DNA from: Macrostomum lignano
Lineage: Eukaryota
Reading direction: 5' to 3'
Length of the DNA: 42,784 nucleotides
Assembly: GCA_002269645.1 (NCBI GenBank)
Contig: NIVC01004540.1
Coordinates: forward strand, 1-42,784
Below, in pieces: positions 12,694-22,007 of this stretch (the first letter of the stretch is position 1; the number at the start of each line of letters is the position of its first letter). A program made the translations under genes and the position numbers. The notes under the pieces are model-generated. The model worked only from the letters and a program-made list of their open reading frames with translations. It was not told where the DNA came from and searched no databases.

Positions 12694-13522
12694 TGTCACG
12701 TTATTGGCGTAGTGGCCAGCTATGCGGTGACCCTTAAAAGGGCCGTTTTAGTCCCAAAATAAGTTGAAGTCAATTCTTGTAAAGCGGATTTTGTAGCGGA
12801 GCACTTGGCGATAAAGGCAGGAACTGCCGTAGTTGTCTTTATTGTTAATATCAGTATTAAGTTTGATTGTTACTGGCAATAAACAGACTATAGCTTTCTG
12901 GGCACTGGCGGCTGCAGCAATGGGTTGAATATAATTTGGATATGAAGTCAAGTGGCAGGCGAATGACACAATGGCGACGTGACGTGAGCAGTGGCTATGA
13001 GCACAGTGAAGGCCGTGAAACGTAGTGGTGAGTTGGCGTCGGTCGTGGCGTGAAACAGTCAAGTAAGTGTGTGAGCAGGCTGGCCCAGACAGAAGGGCCG
13101 TGGTGAGAAATAAGGAGGCTCGAGGCAGCCAGACAAACAGATAAGACAGCTAAGAGGCCGCAGGGAAGGAAACAAGGGACAGGCGGGGAGAGACGAAAAA
13201 GGCGTGAGGGGTGCCCGCCGCCAGGCGGGGGGTTTAATAAAAGAGCGCAGAGGGGGGTAGCGCGAGCACGAGTGATTTCATTGGCTGGCGAGAGAACTTA
13301 AAATTATCGATCGTGCCAATTTTATACGGTTGCGAGAGAGGATAGCAAAATATACAATGAATTATAAATTGCCACAAAATCGTTGGGCACTACTACAAGT
13401 AAACGTCGCAATAAACGAATGGAAAAGTTTAGTTGAAACGGTGAAACTGAAGGGTTGAATGACTATGGAGAACAGCAGTCCAACGGCCCTTTTCGGGACC
13501 ACCTTAAACTGACAACGTCACA
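12694..13522 (-). repeat. 3' LTR of element B
   Basis: Matches 22008-22835; abuts the PPT. Confidence 0.95.
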
Positions 13523-13536
13523 CCCGCCTCCCTTCC
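13523..13536 (-). promoter_or_regulatory. Polypurine tract of B
   Basis: GGAAGGGAGGCGGG on the - strand, directly before the 3' LTR; nearly identical to the PPT of A. Confidence 0.9.
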
Positions 13537-13985
13537 GAAAAAGGATAGGGTCGCGCAAAAAGAAAACCAACACGCGGGGTGACGGCAAGAAAACACAACG
13601 TGACCGCAGTTTATGAAATTATAGCAGAGTGAATTACAGTGGGGTTGAGTCAGTTTGTATGAGCATATGATTACCGGACAAAATTACAAAGTTCCAAAGG
13701 CTACAGACTATTACGAGAGCAGAACATTACAGGGCAGTAGAACACGGTGAGCACGAGCAATACAACATGGTGGTGTTACAAAAACATTACAAAATACAAC
13801 AATGGTTACGGAAAGTAGTGCACGACGGAGCGCGCGGCGCGCGCGAACACAAAAACGACAAAGGACGCGCAGAAGTGATACGATGGATGAGGCAAACACA
13901 GAACAAGGATGACAAGGTGGATGAGGCAAAGGATGCAGAGCAGAGGCACGGAACAGAGGCACAGTCCGGACAACTGCGGGCAAAC

Positions 13986-14381
13986 GACGCCAAGCGTCAA
14001 GGGCGGCGGGACACGGCGCGGCGCGCCAAGGCGGAAGGGAGAAACCGGCGCAAGAGCGCCCAAGGCGGAGACACGGCGCAGCGCGCCAAGGCAGAGACGG
14101 CGCAATGCGCCAGGCGGAGAGCGGCGCAGCGCGCCAAGGCAAAGACGGCGCAACGCGCCAGGCAGGAACGGCGCCACGCGCCAAGGCAGGAAACGGCGCA
14201 AGGGCGCCACGCGGGAACGGCGCCACGCGCCAAACAGAGAACGGCGCCACGCGCCAGGCAGAGGATGGCGCTACGCGCCAGAGGCAGAGGATGGCGCTAC
14301 GCGCCAAGGCAGAGGATGGCGCTACGCGCCAAAGGCAGAGGACGGCGCTACGCGCCAAGGCAGAGGATGGCGCTACGCGCC
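13986..14381. repeat. Array of 16 mini-hairpins (15x GGCGC-N3/4-GCGCC plus 1x GACGC-CAA-GCGTC) in the 3' UTR of B
   Basis: Stems invariant, loops variable (GGC, AAGA, AGC, AAT, AAC, CAC, AAGG, TAC); units about 20-26 bp. Confidence 0.85.
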
Positions 14382-14699
14382 AAAGGCAGAGAGAGCGTGC
14401 GTGCGGTGTGTGTGTGTGTAGTGCTTACTTTTACCCCACAAGCATATCTAGCTACATTATGAAATTTGCGAAATTTAATGACGAGCTACAGCTCATTTCC
14501 GACAACAGCGAAAGCGATGCTGCACTCGTCAATGGGCTGAGCAGCGAACTAAGCTAGCTATATTCTTATAGGCAGAATATTTTTCTCGAGTTTTCAATGG
14601 TTGTTTTTTCAGTTTTTATTTTCCTTTTTGAGTTATTTATGCGTTTCACTAGTCGCCAGTAGTTATGCTTTAATTACTAACCGTATATTGCACATTACA

Positions 14700-15270
14700 T
14701 GGTTTCGGGGTATTACTATTAGCGTCAGAGATGACGCACTTATTCATTTCATCGACTTTGGCAACACCGAACGGGTGCCATTGCTATCAATTATTTTAAT
14801 CATTTTTGCCATTGCTATAATGTTTATACGTGCCCTAGTGTATTTTATCGATTATGGCAACGCCGATGCAGGCAGAGGACGTCTACAGAATATTTTGACA
14901 ACTATTATATTTATAGTATTCATCTCGTAATCATTTTTCGACCAATATATGCATTATTTTATGCCATATTTATGCATTAATTTTTTAGTTTACTTTTGAA
15001 TATTTGAGCTAAGGCTAATGTCTTATCTACTATTTGTTTCTAGCGCCGTAGTGTATTCTATAGACTACGGCAACGCCGACCAGGTGCAGTCGGAGTTGGG
15101 TGCTGCGATATTATATATATTCTTGCGTTAGAACAATATAGTATTTATACTGTCGGCATATTATGCTAATTCTGCTAGTGTTTTATTTTTATTTTATTTA
15201 TTTTAGTTAGCTATATAAATTATCAAATTGCAATGTCGCTGCAGTTTATCCCCTTGACTACGGTGGTTGG
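14700..15270 (+). pseudogene. Tudor-domain-like coding fragments, antisense to element B
   Basis: WFRGITISVRDDALIHFIDFGNTERVPL (14700-14783), ALVYFIDYGNAD (14832-14867), AVVYSIDYGNADQV (15045-15086) and AAVYPLDYG (15238-15264) resemble the Tudor core W(Y/F)R(A/G)...VxF(I/V)DYGNxExV. Confidence 0.6.
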
Positions 15271-15520
15271 CTGTTGGCTGGTACAGCTGTGGAAGTTGTG
15301 CACACTAGTATCTGGCAGTGAGTAACAGCTGTGGCTTGTGTTTTGTGGCTTGCGGCTGGCAGATGCCGCAGGGACCTGTGACCAACAGGTGCCACAGGAG
15401 GTAGTTTAACGCCTTGCCCGGGGCGTGAGCTTGCGGTCTACAGGTGCCGCAGAGACCTGTGGCTGACAGGTGCCACAGGAGGTAGTTTTACGCCTTGCCC
15501 GGGGCGTGAAAAACTGGCGG

Positions 15521-18500
15521 TTAGTGTCTGCTTCCCCACTGCTGGAGCAGGTCGGACACTTGACAGGTCCGGTACCTGACAGGCGGGCGGATGGGGCGTC
15601 CGTACCTGGATCTGGGTACGTCAGCCGGGGCTGGTGGCTCAGCTGCTTGCGCAGCGACTGGATTCGCAGCAATCTCAGGTGGTTCTAATTGCTCGGAGGA
15701 AGGGTCCCCCAAGGAAGCCGTGTACAGCGACTCTGAGCTGTCTTGGCTGTGGCTGGTGTCAGTGTCTGTGCTGTCAGTGTCAGTGTCTGGTTGTGGCTGT
15801 CCCTCAATAGCTACAGCATCGCCAGCTTCGGCGAATGGTTGGCCTTCTCCCGCTTCAGCTCCCGCCCCCTCCTCAAAGGCGCCTGAAGCTGGCGGTGGTG
15901 GATTTGGCCCTGGCGCTCTGCGTGGGCTCTCTGGCCGGGCAGAGGAAGGCTGGGGAATGGTGACGAGGCTAAGCTCGCTCGCGGGTCCGCTGGGCGGGTT
16001 CACACTAGGCGCTGGAGACCTGGCATGGGTGGCCTCACCATACCGGTCAACTACGTCTTGGTAAGTGGGCTGTCTGATGCACGGTTTGAGGCGGTCAATG
16101 TTGTAAATGTTATGGCGCGGATTTGGCACCCGATCTGCTGGGTTTAGGAGACCATACTCGGGGACTAAACGGTAAGTCCGCTCGGAGCAGCGCTGCACTA
16201 CTCGGTATGGCCCCAACCACACAGCGGGTTCTATGCCCTTGTGGTTCGGGTTCAAGACCCAGACTAACTCTCCCTCGTGGAACTCAGCGCGGAGGGCGCG
16301 GCGGTCGTAATACCTTTTCTGCCTCTCCTGGGCTTTACCCCTAGTGCGGCGGGCTAGGGCAGAGGTTTCGACTAGCGTGCGGTGCAACTGGTGGGCGTAC
16401 CTCTCCGGCTGGTAGTGTTCATTTGGCGGTGGATTGTGACAGAGGTCGAGCGGTAGTTCGAACTCACGCCCGAAGAAAAGTTTGGCTGGAGTAAATCCGG
16501 TGGATTCGGCGACTGTGGCACGGATTGACAGGGCGGCCAGGCGGCTGGCAAGGGGCCAGTCGCATTGTCTCTCAAGACAGATGGCTCTAATCTGGGCTTT
16601 CACCGTCTGGATCATCCTCTCAGCTTTACCGTTAGCCTGAGGGCGACGGGCTGTGATCCGACCCATGTCAATCTGTAGGAGCCTAGTTAATTCTATCATG
16701 GTACTATTGATGAAGGCAGTTCCGTTATCAGACACCAGCTGCTCCATCACCCCATACCTGGCAACCCATTCAGTCAGGATGGTTGTGGCAGTGGTCTCTG
16801 CGCTGACGTCGGGAACAGGGACTACTTCAACAAACCCGGTGAACCTGTCGATCATAACCAGCAGGTACTTGTACCCGTCACACTCTTCGAACGGGCCTGC
16901 GTGGTCCACGTGGACAACCTGGTTCGGGTAGCCGGACAGTTCTGGTTGCATAGGGGCCTTGAGCTTACGCTTTGACTTCTTAGTCTTAGCGCAAACGGTG
17001 CATTCGGCCAGGACCCCCTTGACTATAGTATCTAAGTCGGAAATAACGAAGCGCGCCTTCAGGGCGGCCATCGTCTTGGTGATACCGCAATGGTTCAACT
17101 GGCCATGATACTGAAGGACCAGATGACCGACGTCTGCGGTCTCAGGCACCACCAGGCGCCTGTTGGCAGTCTTGGCTTTGGAGGATTTGGCTAAGTACAA
17201 TAGACCCTCGACTACTTCAAGGTCATTGAATTGAGCCCAGAGTGAGCGCATTTCCCGGCTACAACCCTGCAGTTCGGCCTTGGACAATGGCTCAGTCTTA
17301 CACTGGACACTGGCGATTAGGCGCGCCATGTCAACACAGGAGTCCTGGGCATTCTGGGCCCAGATGAGCTCAGGTGGCACTTGGGATTCGGTTTCAGGTT
17401 GACGGGATTCAGTCTCTGGGCTAGGAACAGCACCGCTAGCAGTAGCGCGGACATTCGGCGTTGGTTCAGCCGGGGCATCTGTGTCAGTCTGACACGCTAC
17501 GCTAATGCCTATGGTCTGGACGCACACCTGACGCAGTTCTCTAGAGGGGGGCGTACGCCGGTGCTTTGGGTCTTGGTCCAGGAATTTCCCTTTAAATTCC
17601 GGAATCTGGCTGCACGTCGGGCAGTCAAAGTGATCGGCTCTGAATTTTGGCAGTCTACTAAGAGCGTCAGCAGGCACGTGGTCAACGCCTGGACGGTACT
17701 GGACTGTGAAATCGTATTCGGCTATTCGTTCTAGAGTGGACTGCTGGACCTTCAGCGGGTACAGTTCAATGGTGGCAAGCCATTGGGCCAGCATACCAGT
17801 GGCATGCTTCTTAGAATGCAGCCATTTGAGCGCGGCCGCGTCCACCCGGACAGTGAAAGGCTTGTCTAATAGATAAGGACGGAAATGCTCGAGCATCAGA
17901 ACGAGCCCTAGCAACTCCCTCATGGTGGCGCAGTAGTTTCTCTGGCTACTGTTGAATTTTTTGGATGCGTAAGCTATAACTTGCTCTTGGCCATCTGGCC
18001 CGAGCTGGTACAGCACACCCCCAGTGCCGTCAAGCGAGCTATCGCAGTCCAAAATAAATTCGCGCCCTTTGGCAGAGAGGTCTGGATACGCCAGAATCGG
18101 TGGTGAACAGAGGCTATGTTTGAGTTCTTGGAAAGCCCGTTCATGATGCGGTTGCCATAGAAACGGAGCATCCTTTTTGGCTAAGGCATACAAAGGCGTG
18201 GCGATGATTGAGAATCGCGGCACGAATTTCCGGTAATAATTCGCAAATCCCAAGAATGATAGAAGCTGTTTCTTAGAAAGCGGTTTAGGCCAGTCTTGGA
18301 CAGCCTGAGTCTTCGCTGGGTCAGCCTCAATGCCCCGGCTAGACACAACGAACCCCAGGAATGCGACCTTGTCCTTAAACAGCTCACACTTAGACGGCTT
18401 AATTTTGAGACCGGCTTTTCTAAGCTGCCAGAGGACCAGCGCGAGATGCGCGATCATTTGGTCGTTGTTGACAGCCTTAATGATAATGTCGTCTAAATAG

Positions 18501-19498
18501 ATGAGGCTGACCTTCATCAGGAGAGGTCTAAACACCTTGTGCATCAGTTTCGCGAAATTGGCAGGTGCCGTCTTGATCCCGAATGGTACTACCTTCCAGC
18601 GGAAGGTGCCTTGGGGGCAGGCAAAGGCGGTGTAATCTCTAGCCTCCTCTTTGATCCCTACCTGCCAGTACGCGGAGGTCAGGTCAAGGCTAGAGAATAC
18701 AGTGGCCCCGGCAAGGCTGTCAAAAGATTCTTCTATGAGTGGCAGAGGGAAGCTACACGGCTTGATGAGCTTATTGACGGCCCTATAGTCTATGCAAAGG
18801 CGTTGAGTGCCGTCCTTCTTCTTGACCAGAACGATAGGCGACACCCAGTCAGAGTCACACTCCTCAATGACCCCCTGTTCGAGCATCTGCGCTATGTTCT
18901 GGTCTAAGAATTCTTTTTGTGCTGGCGTGGTGCGCCTGTATGGTTGCGCAACAGGCTTGGCCTTAGGATCTATTAACTCTATGCCCATCTCGTGTAAATT
19001 GGTGTGGCCTAAATCTGCGTTTGATCTAGAAATTTGGCTATTGAAGTAGTTGAGCAGTTTCAAAACGGTGGCGAGTTGGCCCCTAGACAATTTGGCTTGG
19101 TCTAGTTGGAACTGCGTTGTCAGCCATTTGGCTAACTCCCTACTAGGCGGCGGCAGCTTACTGAGTTGGCTGGTGAGGTTAGCTACATTGTCCAGGCTAA
19201 AGTCAGACTCCTTCAGGGTCGTCTGAGCTATGACCTCATGACTATCTAATTCCTGGAATGAGGCAATTTCTTGCCCCCTAGTTATCTGAATAGGCTGTTC
19301 CCCACTGTTGAGCACGCGCACTAGTATGTGGTTAGTATCGCTAACTGAGTCTAGAGTCTTGGCTACCAACTGTTCGGTCTCTGGTCCGAGGATCCGGGAC
19401 ATGACTATACCGGAGGTGTACGGCGAAGAGTCGAGGACACGACTGGGGATCAAGGTTTCCGAGTGCGGGGGCAATTCTACGGTGCCGGCGGCCATCAC
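15521..19498 (-). CDS. pol: pol polyprotein of element B (RT, RNase H, integrase), 1325 aa
   Basis: YLDD; DCDSS; H-H-C-C; HVDH / VSDNG / AERM catalytic DDE; WLGPYRV (GPY/F); uninterrupted ORF. Confidence 0.97.
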   Translation of the reverse strand: MMAAGTVELPPHSETLIPSRVLDSSPYTSGIVMSRILGPETEQLVAKTLDSVSDTNHILVRVLNSGEQPIQITRGQEIASFQELDSHEVIAQTTLKESDFSLDNVANLTSQLSKLPPPSRELAKWLTTQFQLDQAKLSRGQLATVLKLLNYFNSQISRSNADLGHTNLHEMGIELIDPKAKPVAQPYRRTTPAQKEFLDQNIAQMLEQGVIEECDSDWVSPIVLVKKKDGTQRLCIDYRAVNKLIKPCSFPLPLIEESFDSLAGATVFSSLDLTSAYWQVGIKEEARDYTAFACPQGTFRWKVVPFGIKTAPANFAKLMHKVFRPLLMKVSLIYLDDIIIKAVNNDQMIAHLALVLWQLRKAGLKIKPSKCELFKDKVAFLGFVVSSRGIEADPAKTQAVQDWPKPLSKKQLLSFLGFANYYRKFVPRFSIIATPLYALAKKDAPFLWQPHHERAFQELKHSLCSPPILAYPDLSAKGREFILDCDSSLDGTGGVLYQLGPDGQEQVIAYASKKFNSSQRNYCATMRELLGLVLMLEHFRPYLLDKPFTVRVDAAALKWLHSKKHATGMLAQWLATIELYPLKVQQSTLERIAEYDFTVQYRPGVDHVPADALSRLPKFRADHFDCPTCSQIPEFKGKFLDQDPKHRRTPPSRELRQVCVQTIGISVACQTDTDAPAEPTPNVRATASGAVPSPETESRQPETESQVPPELIWAQNAQDSCVDMARLIASVQCKTEPLSKAELQGCSREMRSLWAQFNDLEVVEGLLYLAKSSKAKTANRRLVVPETADVGHLVLQYHGQLNHCGITKTMAALKARFVISDLDTIVKGVLAECTVCAKTKKSKRKLKAPMQPELSGYPNQVVHVDHAGPFEECDGYKYLLVMIDRFTGFVEVVPVPDVSAETTATTILTEWVARYGVMEQLVSDNGTAFINSTMIELTRLLQIDMGRITARRPQANGKAERMIQTVKAQIRAICLERQCDWPLASRLAALSIRATVAESTGFTPAKLFFGREFELPLDLCHNPPPNEHYQPERYAHQLHRTLVETSALARRTRGKAQERQKRYYDRRALRAEFHEGELVWVLNPNHKGIEPAVWLGPYRVVQRCSERTYRLVPEYGLLNPADRVPNPRHNIYNIDRLKPCIRQPTYQDVVDRYGEATHARSPAPSVNPPSGPASELSLVTIPQPSSARPESPRRAPGPNPPPPASGAFEEGAGAEAGEGQPFAEAGDAVAIEGQPQPDTDTDSTDTDTSHSQDSSESLYTASLGDPSSEQLEPPEIAANPVAAQAAEPPAPADVPRSRYGRPIRPPVRYRTCQVSDLLQQWGSRH

Positions 19499-21285
19499 TC
19501 GTCGAGTTGGAAAATCCCCTTGTCCCCCTCAATGACTGGTACCGACACCCCTGCTACTAAAGCTCGGCCAGAGTTGAAGTCTAGCAGCATCTCGAAGCTG
19601 CGCAGGAAATCCATGCCTAACAGGGCTTCCGTGGTACAGTAAGCAGTGACTAGGAATACATGTTGTTTAGTCGTATTACCTAAGTTGATTTCGCAGCGTA
19701 GCGACCCTAGGATGTCTACCTGAGAGCCGCCGAAGGCGGTGGCACGCTGCTTATTGGCACTAGGCGTGAATATGTTATTGACGGGGTCAGCTGCGACCAG
19801 TTTGGCTTTCACGTCAGCACCCATGATGCTGGCATTGGCGCCTGAGTCTAGACAGGCCAGAACTTTAGAGTCTCCTACTCCTAGCTGCACGAAATAGCTA
19901 GACTCAAAGGTGTCAGCTGTGTACCCCCCTTGTCGGCATTGTGGATCACTGTCCCCTGGCTGAGGTTGCACATTACAGGCCTTGTCGTGCTGGCGCCCGG
20001 GGTCGACCTGGCGCTGGAATTTCACCCTAGTCCCCCTAAGGCGGTGCTGCTCGACTAGGCTACGCAGGCTGGGAGACAGTTGGCTAATGTGAACGAACAA
20101 TTTCTCTGGCAGGTGCTCAGATTGGATGAACCCGTAATTCTGAGACCATGTGGCAATGGTTCCTAGTTCAGTCGTGACTTTTCCACGGCTGGGCTGCTGA
20201 TTTTGGCTCCCCCGGGGCTGCTTTGGCGACTGTGGCCTCGGCGAGGGCGATGGACAGTCAGCGATCAGGTGATCGGTCTGGCCGCATCGATGGCAAGCCC
20301 GCGGAGGGCGAGGAGCTGGCCTAGGTTGTCTATAGGTTTGGCTAACTTGTGGTGGGCCCCCAGTGGGCTCTGTGCGAGCGGGCCCCTGATTGGTAGTGAC
20401 AGGCGGAGTGGTCTGGCTTAATCTATTGGCTTGGTCGGTCACCATCTTCTCAAGCTCAGCGACCCTCTGTTCTAACGCTTTCTTCTCAGCGTCAGGTTCT
20501 ATGGCACGAACCTTGGCTATAGTAGAAGGCACGTTCAGAAGCTGGCGGACCCCGACAAGATCTTTGGCCTTCTGCATCAGCTCTTCTGCAGAGGTGGCAC
20601 TGTCGGTTTCCTGATCCCATAAGAGGAGCTTTTCGGCGAGGTCCTTATCCCTCAGCCCATGGCAGAATCTGGCCTTGAGTAGGGGCTTCGCTTCAGCGAG
20701 CGAGAGACCCGCTAGTCTAGAATAGGAGACCAGTCTGTCGAAGAAATCAGACATCTGCTCATTATGAGATTGGGCGGCAGCAACTAATTCTACGTAGGCC
20801 TTGTCCTTCTTCTTGGCATCGGTGTACCTTTCCCTGAGCAGCCGAAGCGCAGATTCGAAAGGCAACTGGTCACACCGGTAATTAAGATATACCTCTTGGC
20901 ATTCGGCTGACAGCAAAGATACGAGAATGGCGGACTTCTGGTCCTCAGGAACGCGGCAAGTGGCTAGATACGAAGTAAGCTGAGCTTCCCACGTATCAAA
21001 GTTCATCTTCGGCTGATAAGCGATTGGAGGGCGAAGGCGTATGTCTGGCTTCGCAGGCGGCGAGGAATTTGGCGCTAATGGCGAGGAAACAGCGAGACGC
21101 TCTTCGAGCATCCGGTGAAGAGAGGCTAAGGTTTGAGTCAACAAGAGTTGCTCACTAGGAGCTGGCGCGGCGGCAGCAGCTGCGCCTGCTGGCTGCTCGC
21201 CGGCATCGACTGCGTCCTGATCTGGCACGGCGGCATCTCCGTCAGCCAATGACGCTGCGGCATGGTTGTCCCCGTTGTCGGACAT
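19495..21285 (-). CDS. gag: gag-protease of element B, 596 aa
   Basis: ATG start; CHRCGQTDHLIADC zinc knuckle; LDSG aspartic protease motif. Confidence 0.95.
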   Translation of the reverse strand: MSDNGDNHAAASLADGDAAVPDQDAVDAGEQPAGAAAAAAPAPSEQLLLTQTLASLHRMLEERLAVSSPLAPNSSPPAKPDIRLRPPIAYQPKMNFDTWEAQLTSYLATCRVPEDQKSAILVSLLSAECQEVYLNYRCDQLPFESALRLLRERYTDAKKKDKAYVELVAAAQSHNEQMSDFFDRLVSYSRLAGLSLAEAKPLLKARFCHGLRDKDLAEKLLLWDQETDSATSAEELMQKAKDLVGVRQLLNVPSTIAKVRAIEPDAEKKALEQRVAELEKMVTDQANRLSQTTPPVTTNQGPARTEPTGGPPQVSQTYRQPRPAPRPPRACHRCGQTDHLIADCPSPSPRPQSPKQPRGSQNQQPSRGKVTTELGTIATWSQNYGFIQSEHLPEKLFVHISQLSPSLRSLVEQHRLRGTRVKFQRQVDPGRQHDKACNVQPQPGDSDPQCRQGGYTADTFESSYFVQLGVGDSKVLACLDSGANASIMGADVKAKLVAADPVNNIFTPSANKQRATAFGGSQVDILGSLRCEINLGNTTKQHVFLVTAYCTTEALLGMDFLRSFEMLLDFNSGRALVAGVSVPVIEGDKGIFQLDE

Positions 21286-21676
21286 TGTGTAAGGTTGAAT
21301 GAGACAAATGAATCAAGCGTGAACGAAAATAAGGCTCCAGAGAAAACGAATTGAGGTTGATGACGCGAGAGAGACGAGAGAGATTGCGTCCTACTAACAA
21401 AATACGTGCCTGACAGGGGCAAACCGCAAAAAGCCTATAATAAGGGAGAGTCCTATCACGCAAACCACCCAGACTAACTGTCAGGCAATAGTCCCTACAA
21501 ACAATCAGCGCACAGCGTAACCTGGCGTGGCTTGGCACACGCAGCGGAGCTATCTTGGCAGAGCGTAAGCTCGAGCTCAACGCAGTTGACAGCGCGCGTT
21601 GCTCAGGGCGACGACCAGCGACGACTCGCGGCGACGAGCGAAGACCGGCCGAGCAGTCAGGACCCCTGGGCCTGAC

Positions 21677-21993
21677 GTGGCACAGGCTCTCGCAGCCTTG
21701 CGGACCGAACCTCAGGCGTGGCACAGGCTCTCGCAGCCTTGCGGACCGTCAGGCAGAAACGTGGCAGGCCGGCACTCAGTCACGAGCCGGCAGAGCTGAG
21801 CAGAATCTTGCTGACGCTTGGTTGCGAGCTGGCAGGGCTGAGCAGAAGTCTTGATGGCGCTGATTACGAGCTGGCAGGGCTGAGCAGAAGTCTTGATGGC
21901 ACTGACTTAGTTGCGAGCCGGCAGTGCTGAGTAGGAGTCTCGGTGGTGCTGACTTAGTTGCGAGCCGGCAGTGCTGAGTAGGAGTCTCGGTGG
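21677..21993 (-). repeat. Direct-repeat blocks in the 5' leader of B (about 31-bp, 34-bp and 45-bp units, 2-3 copies each)
   Basis: gtggcacaggctctcgcagccttgcggaccg x2; gagctggcagggctgagcagaagtcttgatggc x2; ctgacttagttgcgagccggcagtgctgagtaggagtctcggtgg x2. Confidence 0.8.
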
Positions 21994-22001
21994 GACCTCC
22001 A
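21985..22001 (-). promoter_or_regulatory. Primer-binding site of B (tRNA-Gln)
   Basis: TGGAGGTCCCACCGAGA on the - strand, 6 nt from the LTR. Confidence 0.88.
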
Positions 22002-22007
22002 AAATTA

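Noticed and set aside
13986-14381. CRISPR-like repeat-spacer appearance of the hairpin array and of the intronic repeats
   Set aside because: Eukaryotic context, spacers of only a few nucleotides that are not unique, and no cas genes
14601-14930. Hydrophobic 109-aa ORF considered as an env or membrane protein
   Set aside because: Antisense to B, TTG start, and hydrophobicity explained by T-rich spacers; only the Tudor-like islands within it are informative
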